A DNA stretch of 64,000 nucleotides from Anabaena sphaerica FACHB-251 (GCF_014696825.1 NZ_JACJQU010000006.1:24542-88541), one strand, 5' to 3'. Positions 31,199 to 42,050 are shown, counted from the first letter of the stretch. Notes: a model not told the origin generated them from the letters alone. Numbers and translations are program-made.

Positions 31199-32803
31199 AT
31201 GGCATATTACAAAAAGCTAGAATCAATATCAAAATTAGTCACTAACTTACTAAAAAATATCCTCCAAAATACTATTATGTGGAAAAACTTTTACATTAAA
31301 CCTAACGAAATTGGCATTTTATATCACCGCAGCGACTTTAAGAAAGTTTTACAACCTGGTGAATATACTTATTTTGGTCGTCATTGGCTAGTTAAAACTT
31401 ATGACCTCAATGAAGCAGAAGCGGATATTGAAAACCTAGAATTATTGTTGCGAAATCATGGAACAGAACTAGAACAATATCTACTAATTGTTAAAACTAC
31501 ATTTAACGAAGCTGCTTTAGTCCGTTTGGGTCAGAATTGGATAAGTATTGCTCCTAATCAATTACGGGCTTTTTGGCGAGGTTTTATAGAAGTAGAATTC
31601 CATCTTTTCAACTTAGAAGAAAACTGGGAATTGCCTAATTCTTTTGTCCAGCAATTGCGATCATTTGCGTTAAATGGACTGAAGAAATTCCAAATCTTTG
31701 AGTATGAGATTGGTTTACTATATGTACAAAATAATTTTACCCGACCTCTAGAACCAGGAGAGTATGCCTTTTGGTCAATAGATAAGACAGTAGCGGTGCG
31801 GAGTATTAGCCGGATTGTCCCTAACCCCGATTTTCCTCTAGAAGATATACTAATTGAAAAACATCCTGATTTTGTTGCTGCTTACTGTGAAATTGTGGAA
31901 TTACTGCCTTCGCAAGTTGCAATTGTGCGCTATCGAGGTAAGGTAATTTCTATTTTACCACCCACAAGCCGCAAACTATTTTGGCAAGGTGTGGCAGTGG
32001 AAATTATTGATATTAGCACAGATGCAAAATTATCACCTGCATTAATTTCTGAATTGGTGGAAGGAACAGCAGAAGTAAAAACACTGAGTCGAAACTATTT
32101 ACATATTTGTCAAGTTCCTCCCCAACATATTGGACTATTATATATTAATCAGGAATTTCAAACACAATTACAACCAGGATTAAATGCTTGGTGGTCATTT
32201 GGACGTTCTTGGCAAACGGAAACTATTGATTTGCGATTGCAAAACATGGAAGTTTCCGGTCAAGAAATCCTCTCTAAAGACAAAGTACCTTTGCGGTTAA
32301 ATTTAACTGCTGGTTTTCGCATTCAAGACCCATTAAAAGCAAAAAATGGGTTATCAGATATTACTGGATTCTTGTACAAAGAGTTGCAATTTGCTTTGCG
32401 TGGTGCAGTGGGTGAACGGACTTTAGATGCTTTGTTAGAAGATAAAGGCGCAATTGATAGCAGTATCTCTGAATATATTCGTCAAAAAGCCGCAGACTAT
32501 GGAATTGAAGTTGATTCTGTAGGTGTGAAAGATATTATTTTACCTGGAGAAATTAAGGCAATTTTGAGTAAGGTTGTTGAAGCTGAAAAAGCTGCTCAAG
32601 CAAATGTTGTCAGACGTAGAGAAGAGACTGCTGCCACTCGGAGTATGTTAAATACTGCGAAGGTGATGGAAGATAATCCGGTGGCGTTGCGGTTGAAGGA
32701 ATTGGAAGTTTTAGAACGTATTGCGGAGAAGATTGATCGGATTCAGGTAAATGGTAGTTTGGATAGTATTTTGACAGATTTGATTCGCATGAATCCGCAG
32801 TGA
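31199..32803 (+). CDS. SPFH/Band-7 (flotillin/slipin-like) domain protein with triplicated N-terminal module
   Basis: 534 aa; three repeats of a PGEY.FW...W motif block, then C-terminal SPFH region (GVKDIILPGEIKAILSKVVEAEKAAQANVVRRREETAA...). Confidence 0.6.
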   Translation: MAYYKKLESISKLVTNLLKNILQNTIMWKNFYIKPNEIGILYHRSDFKKVLQPGEYTYFGRHWLVKTYDLNEAEADIENLELLLRNHGTELEQYLLIVKTTFNEAALVRLGQNWISIAPNQLRAFWRGFIEVEFHLFNLEENWELPNSFVQQLRSFALNGLKKFQIFEYEIGLLYVQNNFTRPLEPGEYAFWSIDKTVAVRSISRIVPNPDFPLEDILIEKHPDFVAAYCEIVELLPSQVAIVRYRGKVISILPPTSRKLFWQGVAVEIIDISTDAKLSPALISELVEGTAEVKTLSRNYLHICQVPPQHIGLLYINQEFQTQLQPGLNAWWSFGRSWQTETIDLRLQNMEVSGQEILSKDKVPLRLNLTAGFRIQDPLKAKNGLSDITGFLYKELQFALRGAVGERTLDALLEDKGAIDSSISEYIRQKAADYGIEVDSVGVKDIILPGEIKAILSKVVEAEKAAQANVVRRREETAATRSMLNTAKVMEDNPVALRLKELEVLERIAEKIDRIQVNGSLDSILTDLIRMNPQ

Positions 32804-32922
32804 TAATATCAATCTTGTAGAGTGCGTCAGACAAATAACCTAGTAATAAGATGATTAACTTCTAATCTGACGCACCCTACTTGATTTACTTACACAATTT
32901 CTGTATAATAATATAGTTTGCA

Positions 32923-33738
32923 TTGGAAAATATAGCTTTGGATATTACCACAGAATTAAGAAATACAGAAAATTCTTTAAGAGATCTATACACTTACATC
33001 CTCTCTAACAAATTTGGTGAGGAATGGCATTTAAAGTGTGGAGTTAGTAGTGACCGAATAGATAAATGGAAAGCTCGAAAAGATTTAGAACATAAAAATT
33101 TCGGTTATAGCGATCCACGATTGATTTATTACGCTGATTTTTATGATCTAAAAACAATTCTTAAACACAATTGGCAACACGACTTATCCAAAGTATTTGG
33201 CAAATTGAAGGAACTAGAGGTTTTATTAGATATCCTAGAGGAATTAAGAAACCCTGATGCTCATAGAAGAAACTTACTCCCATACCAAAAATATTTAGCT
33301 ATGGGTATTAGCGGTAAAATTAGAACAGAAATTACAGGATATTTTAGTAAAATGGAAACTGGCGAATCATATTATCCAAGAATTGAATGTGTACAAGATA
33401 GCCTTGGAAATTCATGGGCAATAGGTGAGCAAAATACCCTATTTACAAATGAAGTGCTTAGACCAGGCAATGAAATTCAGTTTAATGTATCTGCTACAGA
33501 TCCTCTTGGTGAAACAATAGAGTTTACTGTTATGCCTGTATCATCCCCATGGGAATTTGAATGGAAAGAAAATGGCGATTTTTCACTTGTAATAAAAAAA
33601 CAATACGTGGGAAAAATTTTCTGGATTTGTATAGCAGTGCGATCCAAAAGGGAGTTTCATGCAATGTCTGAAGTTGGCCTAGGTTCAGTAGATGATACCG
33701 TTAAATTTGGATATGAAGTTCTCCCTCCTAAAAGATAA
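32923..33738 (+). CDS. HEPN-domain protein (Swt1-like; Rx4H motif RNPDAH)
   Basis: 271 aa; LEELRNPDAHRR matches the HEPN R-x4-6-H catalytic motif; very AT-rich. Confidence 0.5.
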   Translation: MENIALDITTELRNTENSLRDLYTYILSNKFGEEWHLKCGVSSDRIDKWKARKDLEHKNFGYSDPRLIYYADFYDLKTILKHNWQHDLSKVFGKLKELEVLLDILEELRNPDAHRRNLLPYQKYLAMGISGKIRTEITGYFSKMETGESYYPRIECVQDSLGNSWAIGEQNTLFTNEVLRPGNEIQFNVSATDPLGETIEFTVMPVSSPWEFEWKENGDFSLVIKKQYVGKIFWICIAVRSKREFHAMSEVGLGSVDDTVKFGYEVLPPKR

Positions 33739-33746
33739 TACTAACA

Positions 33747-34499
33747 ATGCTAGAAGATTATTTTGTTAAATTAGTAGTTCTTTTCTGCTGGCTAATATTT
33801 CCTATTTTATGGTATTGTTATAGGATTGATTTTTTTCTAAATATTTCAATTTGGTGGAAGAAAAAAGATGAAAAAGATGTTGTTCTACCTGCCTGCATTT
33901 TTTTTATACTTCCTTTTGCAATTCTAATAACTTATCAGAACTTTTATGAACTCATAACAAATTTCCACAAAGATGATGTTACCAGCAAAGTATTGGAAAC
34001 TTCTTTCAAGCTAATTCCGATAGCAGCAATAGGAGCATATTTTGTGGATAAAATCAAGAAAAATGAAGAAATTCAACTATCAAGAGATATCTTATCTCAT
34101 GAGTTATTTCAAAACTATCTTGCTACTCGAAATACTATATTTCTCTTGAAGATGTCTAAATCACCAGGCGGAAATGTCTCAGGAAATCCAATCAAAGATT
34201 TCCAGACTTTATGGTCTAACAGAGCATATGATAATAGTCGAAATTCAATTATTAGGATGAAAGGAAATATCTATGGAAGCTTAAGTGAACTTTACCAAAG
34301 TGCTAGTTTGATTATCAACAAATATACTGGTGATGATAGTTGTATTTCTTATTCTTCTGCATTTGAGAATCAAGAATTTGTATTTCGACTAGACTTGTTA
34401 ATTAATGATATTTACAACAACTTGATTTTACTAGATAACAAGTCAGAAATTGGATTATTGACACGGCGAGAGGTAGAACAGATGAAAGTAGAAAAATAA
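33747..34499 (+). CDS. Membrane protein (2-4 N-terminal TM helices) of unknown function, adjacent to HEPN gene
   Basis: 250 aa, hydrophobic N-terminus, very low GC; 9-bp gap from HEPN gene. Confidence 0.4.
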   Translation: MLEDYFVKLVVLFCWLIFPILWYCYRIDFFLNISIWWKKKDEKDVVLPACIFFILPFAILITYQNFYELITNFHKDDVTSKVLETSFKLIPIAAIGAYFVDKIKKNEEIQLSRDILSHELFQNYLATRNTIFLLKMSKSPGGNVSGNPIKDFQTLWSNRAYDNSRNSIIRMKGNIYGSLSELYQSASLIINKYTGDDSCISYSSAFENQEFVFRLDLLINDIYNNLILLDNKSEIGLLTRREVEQMKVEK

Positions 34500-34597
34500 T
34501 GCAAAGTTTAAACATCAATCAAACCATAACCGATTGGTCATCAATATGGATATTTTTGGAAGTTGCTATAATCAAAACAAACCTGAAAAATCCTGAT

Positions 34598-35180
34598 ATG
34601 ATAGCCATTCCCCAACAACCGCAAAAAATGACCATTGAGGAATATCTTACATGGGAACTTGACCAGGATATTCGCTATGAATACATCAACGGCGAAGTTT
34701 TCGCCATCACTGGTGGTACAATTCCCCACAATGATATTGCTCTAAATCTTTACAGACCTCTATATTCTCATCTCCGTCCTAGAGGTTGTCGAGTTAATGT
34801 GTCAGAGGTGAAAGTACAAGTTACCCCTAAAAGCCCATACTTCTATCCTGATCTTATCGTTAGTTGTCACCCTGATGACCTCAACGCCCGCAAATTTATT
34901 CAAAATCCTAAATTAATCGTTGAAGTTCTTTCCCCTGGTACAAGTGGTAAAGATAGAGGTGAAAAATTCAGATATTATTTATTTAACAATGCCCAGTTTG
35001 CAAGAATACATCTTGATTGATTCTGAAAAAATATCTGTTGAACGTTACTGTCGGGGAGAAGGACGAATGTGGCTTTATTATCCTTACACTACTGGAGACA
35101 TCATCACTTTATCAAGTGTTGAATTTGAATTTCCGATTGAAATGCTTTATGATGGTGTTGGGTTGGAAACTGAAGAATAA
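34598..35180 (+). pseudogene. Uma2-family (DUF820) putative restriction-endonuclease-like gene with frameshift
   Basis: MTIEEYLTWELDQDIRYEYINGE...SPGTSGKDRGEKFRYY in one frame. Continues ...LQEYILIDSEKISVERYCRGEGRMWLYYPY...FEFPIEMLYDGV in another frame (shift near 34975-35000). Confidence 0.6.
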
Positions 35181-35248
35181 CACTACAATTAACATACTTT
35201 ATCAAATAAATCTTACTGTAAAATAAAATTTAGTGACTTATTACGATT

Positions 35249-35827
35249 ATGGCAAAACGTAAAAAAAGCAATTTTCAGTGGATTAAAGAAACTCTGGAAT
35301 TAAAGCCAGATCATCATTGGGAATCTCCCCCAGAATATAATATTTTTGTAGCAGGTAGAGGGGCTGTGCGGTTTAATGTTCCTCGCGGTTGGATATCGGA
35401 ACCACAGGAAAAATCATTTAAGTTCATGGATAAAAAACCACCTGATGATGATTGTTGTTTAGAGGTATCGTACAATCATTTACCACCTAATGATTGGACT
35501 TTATTTCCCCTCAAATCAACTTTGAAGAAAATCATGGAAGATGATAGCCGTGATGTAATTGAAAGGGGAGAAGTGATTACTGTCAAGCGGCAAACTGCGC
35601 GGATTATGTGGTGCGAAATTAAGTTTATTGACACTCAAGCCGAACCCAGGGAGGCTTTTTCACGGACTTGTGTTGGTTTAGGTTCTAATATTCAGTGTTT
35701 GATTACCTTTGATTATTGGGCAGATCAAGCAGAGCAATTAATACCTGTTTGGGATGAAGTTATGCGTAGTTTAACATTGGGATTATATATTCGTGATCCT
35801 AGAACTGGTTTAGCTTTCCCTGATTGA
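35249..35827 (+). CDS. Hypothetical protein (192 aa)
   Basis: Intact ORF, no recognisable motif. Confidence 0.35.
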   Translation: MAKRKKSNFQWIKETLELKPDHHWESPPEYNIFVAGRGAVRFNVPRGWISEPQEKSFKFMDKKPPDDDCCLEVSYNHLPPNDWTLFPLKSTLKKIMEDDSRDVIERGEVITVKRQTARIMWCEIKFIDTQAEPREAFSRTCVGLGSNIQCLITFDYWADQAEQLIPVWDEVMRSLTLGLYIRDPRTGLAFPD

Positions 35828-35982
35828 AATGCCGAGAAAACAACCTAAGCTTGAGTTTCTTCATCACAAGTGGAAATTGTTAGTTTGAAAAGTTGTGGAT
35901 TTTAGTCAACATTATGTTCAAGATTTTGGGTAAACTGGAAGCGACAAAACAACCCATTGCACAGATTAGTAATTTAATATTC

Positions 35983-36498
35983 ATGACAAATCCCACCGCA
36001 ACTCTGGAAACGTCTCTTGGTACTATTACTCTTGAGCTATTCACCGACGTTATGCCCATAACGGCTGGAAACTTCATCAAATTGGCTAAAAGTGGCTTTT
36101 ATGATGGTCTGCATTTCCACCGTGTGATTAAAAACTTCATGGTGCAGTTTGGTTGTCCTCACAGTAAAGATCCTAGCTCTCCTCGTGCAGGGACAGGTAA
36201 TGGTCCTGATGGGTGCATTCAAGATGAGCATCCCGCAGATGGGAAAATTTCCAATGAACCAGGAACTCTATCTATGGCTAATACGGGGGCCCCTAATAGT
36301 GGGAGTTGCCAGTTTTTCATCAACACTGTTCACAACTCCTATTTAGATTGGTTTACACCCGGTCCATCCAAGCATCCTGTTTTTGGTCGAGTTACTGAAG
36401 GTATGGATGTATTGAAAGCCATTGAAACCACTCCAACGGGACAAGGCGATCGCCCAAAAACTCCAGTTAAAATGATCAAAGTTACCATTCACGAATAA
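35983..36498 (+). CDS. Peptidyl-prolyl cis-trans isomerase, cyclophilin type
   Basis: Cyclophilin signatures ([40 protein letters not shown]); start set at MTNPTATLE. Confidence 0.85.
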   Translation: MTNPTATLETSLGTITLELFTDVMPITAGNFIKLAKSGFYDGLHFHRVIKNFMVQFGCPHSKDPSSPRAGTGNGPDGCIQDEHPADGKISNEPGTLSMANTGAPNSGSCQFFINTVHNSYLDWFTPGPSKHPVFGRVTEGMDVLKAIETTPTGQGDRPKTPVKMIKVTIHE

Positions 36499-36689
36499 AC
36501 TAAAGGATTGGTGCGGAGAAACCCTCCGCACACCGCTATCTTCAGGCAACATCCCCTCTTTCTCATTAAAAGATAAAATTGGGTTAATCAAACCCAACAC
36601 AATTTGATTTCAGATTTCATTAAATTGTGTATGGATCAATATTTAATTTCCTCAATATCTTCATGCTTTTGAAGTTGCTTCACCCCAGA

Positions 36690-36860
36690 TAGAACGCCAG
36701 TTAGCATTTCGAGATTACATGATTGCTCATTCTGAAAACGCACAGAAATACAGTGATCTCAAACGTGAACTTGCAAAAAAGTATCCTGATAATATTGAGA
36801 GCTACATGGATGGAAAAGACTGGTTGATTATAGATAGAAAAGCAGCAGAGTGGAGAAAAA
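36690..36860 (+). pseudogene. Fragment of GrpB-family (UPF0157) gene, C-terminal 50 codons only
   Basis: RDYMIAHSENAQKYSDLKRELAKKYPDNIESYMDGKDWLI matches GrpB C-termini; no upstream ORF. Confidence 0.45.
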
Positions 36861-37632
36861 TATGCTAGGAGCGATCGCAGGTGATATTATTGGCTCATTG
36901 TATGAAATTAATAATATTAAAACTAAGGATTTTCTTCTTTTAAACCCCGATAGTATTTTTACAGATGATACAGTTTTAACAGTAGCAGTAGCCGATAAAC
37001 TTCTAGATCATAGCGACTATGAAGAAATATTTAAATCCTATTATCATCGCTATTCAGCTAGAGGCTATGGCAAAAGTTTTCATCGGTGGGCTAAAGGTGA
37101 AATTGTCGGAGCTTATAATAGTTATGGCAACGGTTCAGCCATGAGAGTAAGTCCTGTTGGCTATGCTTTTGATAATTTAGAACAAGTATTAGCAGAAGCA
37201 AAAATTAGTGCAGAAATAACTCATAACCATCCTGAAGGCATCAAAGGAGCGCAAGCAGTAGCAGCAATTATTTTTTTAGCACGAACAGGTACAAGCCGAG
37301 AAGAAATTAAATCATATACTGAAACTAATTTTGGTTATGAGTTGAATCAAAGTTTAGATGAAATTCGCCCTACTTATAAGTTTGATGTTAGTTGTCAGGG
37401 AAGTGTACCCCAAGCAATTATCGCTTTTTTAGAATCAACAGATTTTGAAGATGCAATTAGAAATGCTATTTCCATTGGTGGTGATAGTGATACAATTTCT
37501 TGTATCACAGGAGGAATTGCCGAAGCCTTTTATGGAAGTGTGCCGACATTTATAGCAGAATATGCTATTTCTAAAATCACAAAACATCTTTATGGAACCA
37601 TAGAGAAATTTCAAAAAAAATACTGTAATTAA
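36850..37632 (+). CDS. ADP-ribosylglycohydrolase family protein (ARH/DraG fold)
   Basis: 260 aa; N-terminal GAIAGDIIGS, TDDT, C-terminal GGDSDT metal-binding motifs characteristic of the ADP-ribosylglycohydrolase family. Confidence 0.7.
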   Translation: MEKNMLGAIAGDIIGSLYEINNIKTKDFLLLNPDSIFTDDTVLTVAVADKLLDHSDYEEIFKSYYHRYSARGYGKSFHRWAKGEIVGAYNSYGNGSAMRVSPVGYAFDNLEQVLAEAKISAEITHNHPEGIKGAQAVAAIIFLARTGTSREEIKSYTETNFGYELNQSLDEIRPTYKFDVSCQGSVPQAIIAFLESTDFEDAIRNAISIGGDSDTISCITGGIAEAFYGSVPTFIAEYAISKITKHLYGTIEKFQKKYCN

Positions 37633-37636
37633 AGCA

Positions 37637-38002
37637 ATGCAAAAATGGTTTCGCTATTCCCTATTAGCAACTGCAATTATGAACTTGGCCGGAGCAGTCA
37701 TATTTGCACTACCGATTTATGGTAAGGGTGATGTCTTCGGGTTGCCGAATGCTCACCCACTGTATCTTTGGATTATATCTTCTTGGATTCTCATCTTTGG
37801 TGTAGCCTATTTTTGGTTGGCACTTACGGCAAAGCCAGAGCGTTTATACATTGCAGTAGTAGCAGCTTGTAAATTAGCGATCGCTTTTATTTTCTTTGCC
37901 TTTTGGATGACAGGTGATTTACCATTTATAACTGCATCTGCTGGAGGTGGAGATTTCTTTTTTGCAATCATCTTCATCTATTGGCTTTTTCAGAGGCGGT
38001 GA
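37637..38002 (+). CDS. Small membrane protein (121 aa, 3-4 TM helices)
   Basis: Hydrophobic ORF. Confidence 0.4.
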   Translation: MQKWFRYSLLATAIMNLAGAVIFALPIYGKGDVFGLPNAHPLYLWIISSWILIFGVAYFWLALTAKPERLYIAVVAACKLAIAFIFFAFWMTGDLPFITASAGGGDFFFAIIFIYWLFQRR

Positions 38003-38151
38003 ACTCTAGATTTTGTGGCGTTGCTGATTTTAGGGATGAAAATAATTTTGCATACGTTCAAGACCTTTGTAGAGACGTTCCATGGAACGTCTCTACCTCC
38101 AAAAATCATACCCTAATTCAGCAACGCCGATTTTGTTAGCTCCCTCTATAT

Positions 38152-38253
38152 TAGACATAGTAGTGAAAATTAAATGTGCGTGGTTTGAAATCCTTGTAGA
38201 GACGTTCCTCATGTAGGGATTCTCGGCTCTACAATCTTTACCGGAGATGTCTA
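38152..38253. mobile_element. MITE copy (diverged left TIR), TA-flanked, near nifD-element border; plus solo 28-bp palindrome GTAGAGACGTTCCATGGAACGTCTCTAC at 38060..38087
   Basis: Shares AAATGTGCGTGGTTTGAAA.CCTTGTAGAGACGTTCC and CCGGAGATGTC-TA end with copies at 11247 and 56851. Confidence 0.6.
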
Positions 38254-38489
38254 TTTAGTCTAAGAACCAACCAGATAAAAAAGTTTTTCTATTTAACATT
38301 TTTGATTTAAGCCAAATTTAAGCCAAATCTCAAAACTAGACTCAATCTGAGTTATACTCTATGCAGTATCAAACAAACATTGTTACTCACAAACATAATC
38401 AATTTAATTTAGGCTAAAAATTAACTTCTCTTAATTCCACCACCAAAAAACCTGAAGTTAACGCACCTTTCAACCAACATTACTAGGTT

Positions 38490-39852
38490 CGGAGTAATCC
38501 CAAGAGTGCATTTGACGGAAAGGTAAGCCCATCTTTTGGAAGACATACTTCTCTTTCACACCAGAAGCAACTAAGTCTGGCTTCAATGCTTTGATGAATT
38601 CTTCAAATTCGTAAGCGGTAACGTCGTCATAAACGATAGTTCCGTTTTCGATGTAGTTGGTAGTACGTTTATAGTCGTCATTATGAGCGAACTCATAACC
38701 AGTACCAATCATCTTCATTCCCAAATCTTGGAACGCGGGAACAACGTGACGGGGACGTAGACCACCAACCATCATTGCTACAGTCTTACCTTCCAAGCGG
38801 GGGCGATACTTAGAAACGATCGCATCCATTGTGGGTTGGTACTTAGCAATTACTTTTTCAGCATTTGCTTGGATTTTTTCGTCAAACTTGGAAGCAATTT
38901 CGCGTAAAGATGCAGCAATCTTGGTAGGACCGAAGAAATTATACTCAAGCCAGGGTATACCATAAGCTTCTTCCATGTGACGGCTGATGTAGTTCATCGA
39001 GCGGTAACAGTGGATGAGGTTCATCTTCACGTTGGGGGTCATCAACATTTCGTTGATTGTACCGTCACCAGACCATTGAGCAACAACGCGCAAACCGATT
39101 TCTTCTAACAGAATACGGCTGGCCCAAGCATCACCACCGATGTTGTAGTCACCAATGATGGCTACATCATAAGGAGTTCCTTCAAACTTCAATGTACCGT
39201 CTTTCTTAGCCTTGTCTGCTCTGGGGAATACCCAGTCACGAATCATGTCGTTAGCAATGTGGTGTCCTAAAGACTGAGACACACCACGGAAACCTTCACA
39301 ACGGACAGGAACAACAGGCTTACCAATTGCTTTAGCAGACTTCTTAGCTACTGCTTCAATGTCATCCCCAATTAGACCAATGGGACATTCAGATTGAATA
39401 GAAACCCCACGATTTAAGGGGAATAATACGTCTAATTCTTCAATTAACTTGGTCAGTTTCTTGTCTCCACCGAACACGATGTCGCGTTCTTGGAAGTCGG
39501 AGGTGAAGTGCATTGTACCGAAGGTATCGACACCAGTTACACCTAAGTAGTAGTTACGACGACCAGACCAAGACCAGTAACCGCAACCTACAGGACCGTG
39601 GCTGATGTGGATCATGTCCTTAATAGGACCCCAAACCACACCTTTAGAACCTGCGTAAGCACAACCACGAGCGGTCATTACACCAGGAAGGGATTTGATG
39701 TTAGACTTAACACCGCAATCAGCCTTACCTTCTTCGTATACGTTTAAGTGCTTCTCGCGCTTTTTAGCAGCTTTTTCGGGGTAAGCTTTCAGAACTTCTT
39801 TAACTAGTTCTTTTCTTTGTTCAACAATCTTCTTGTCATCGGTCGAAGCCAT
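38490..39852 (-). CDS. nifD: nifD 5' segment (nitrogenase MoFe protein alpha subunit, first about 454 codons)
   Basis: [41 protein letters not shown]...HSWDYS, then frame runs into the element (EPSNVG*). Confidence 0.9.
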
Positions 39853-39997
39853 TTTCTGTCTCTCTTGCTCCTAAAGCAACGGGGATATGGATGGGATGGG
39901 TGGGATGGGGACTTAATGTCCCCTATGGGGAGGGAAAGGAAGGTAAAAAGGAAATTATGTAGAGTTTTCCTTTTTCCCTGACCTAACTTATAGATTT

Positions 39998-40480
<483 letters not shown>

Positions 40481-40634
40481 TTAACAGCCGGAAAATGTTT
40501 ATTTTCTACAATGTTTGCTGCAATCATTGTTTTGAGTAAACAGTTTTTTTATTAGGGTAAATCTAGGGTATTTATATTATTAAAAATCAAGGACGCATTT
40601 GCCAATTTTATATAAATAATTGGATTGAGGCAGA

Positions 40635-41990
40635 ATGCAAGCAGTAGAAAATCAAGAAAATCATCTGACGGCAAAATTAGCAACAGAATTAAAGGCAATT
40701 AATGGTAGACTAAGAGCCGCTAGGGTGAGTGTTTCTGTCAGAAAATCTGGTAATTCATTACAGTTGAGAAGTACCCTTCCTATTAAACCAGGTGATATTG
40801 ATAAAAACGGTATAGGCACAAAGCAATATGATATTTCTTTGGGGATACCATTCAGTTTTGATGGTTTAAATACTGCGGAAGAGGAAGCTAATGAGTTAGG
40901 AAAATTGATTGCTAGGAAACAATTTGTATGGAATGATAAATATTTAGGCAAAACAAGATTTAAAGCCAAATTTATAACAATTGGAGAGTTGATTTCTGAG
41001 TTTGAGCAAAACTATTTCCAAACTAGAAAACGCACGCTCAAAAGTAACAATACTTTTAATAGTTATTTCTATATTGCTAAAACACATTTGCCAAAGGATA
41101 AGTTAGCGATAGATGCTAATTTTATTGATGCTGTGAAATCTTGCCCTTCATCGGATAGTGTGAAAAATGAATTAATTAAGGTGATTAGGGTTTTGTGTAA
41201 ATGTTCTGGTTTAGAGGTTCCAGAATTGAGTAATTTAAAAATTAAAGCTATTTCTCAACGTAAACGTGATATACCCACTGATGCAGAAATAGAACAAGAA
41301 TATCTGAAGTTTGAAAATTATGCTATTAATCGTTCTAGTAAGTTGATAACTAGGGAAGATAGAAATAATTGGAAATTGTGGAGATGGATTTATGGAATGT
41401 TAGCGACTTATGGATTAAGACCAATTGAAATTTTTGTTAATCCTGATTTAAATTGGTGGTTATCTTCAGAAAATGTGATGAATACATGGCGTGTTAATGA
41501 AGAATGTAAAACGGGAGCAAGGGAAGCTTTACCATTATATCCGCGTTGGGTAGAAACTTTTAATTTAAAAACAGATACAGAAGCAATTAATTTATTAAAA
41601 GCGAAAATTAAAAATAAAGTTACGAGTAGAGAAATAAACTCTGCGCGACATGGTACAGATAGATGGTTTAGATTTGTGGGTGTGAATTTTCAACCTTATG
41701 ATTTACGTCACGCTTGGGCAATTAGAGCGCATTTAATGGGTATTCCCATTAAAGCTGCTGCTGATAATTTGGGTCATTCTGTGAATATGCACACTTCGAT
41801 TTATCAAAAGTGGTTTAGTTTGGAAAATCGTAAGGTTGCGATTGAGGAAGCGATTAAGAAAAAATCGAAGTCGGAAGATTTACAGGATATGGTGATTAGA
41901 TTGGAACAGGAAAATGAGAAGTTGAAAATTGAGAATGAGAGATTGAGGTTAGAAATGGGAAATCAAAGTTTAATGAGAGTGATTAATTAA
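40635..41990 (+). CDS. XisA/XisC-family site-specific tyrosine recombinase (candidate nifH-element excisase)
   Basis: 451 aa, clear paralogue of the 23943..25244 protein, including C-terminal RHAWAIRAHLMGIPIKAAADNLGHSV...YQKWFSL and coiled-coil tail. Confidence 0.8.
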   Translation: MQAVENQENHLTAKLATELKAINGRLRAARVSVSVRKSGNSLQLRSTLPIKPGDIDKNGIGTKQYDISLGIPFSFDGLNTAEEEANELGKLIARKQFVWNDKYLGKTRFKAKFITIGELISEFEQNYFQTRKRTLKSNNTFNSYFYIAKTHLPKDKLAIDANFIDAVKSCPSSDSVKNELIKVIRVLCKCSGLEVPELSNLKIKAISQRKRDIPTDAEIEQEYLKFENYAINRSSKLITREDRNNWKLWRWIYGMLATYGLRPIEIFVNPDLNWWLSSENVMNTWRVNEECKTGAREALPLYPRWVETFNLKTDTEAINLLKAKIKNKVTSREINSARHGTDRWFRFVGVNFQPYDLRHAWAIRAHLMGIPIKAAADNLGHSVNMHTSIYQKWFSLENRKVAIEEAIKKKSKSEDLQDMVIRLEQENEKLKIENERLRLEMGNQSLMRVIN

Positions 41991-42050
41991 ATAATACGTA
42001 ATCGCTTACGAAGAGAGATTTCAGCCCCAAAAACGGGGCGATGCTGTAAG

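Larger units (their letters stand above)
23665..38496. mobile_element. nifD-interrupting excision element (approx 14.8 kb) with 7-bp direct-repeat core CGGAGTA (plus strand) at both borders
   Basis: NifD reading frame stops after [12 protein letters not shown] at 38470 and resumes at 23664 with YSGPYHG. An XisA-family recombinase lies at the nifK-proximal end. Cargo is AT-rich relative to the nif genes. Confidence 0.85.
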
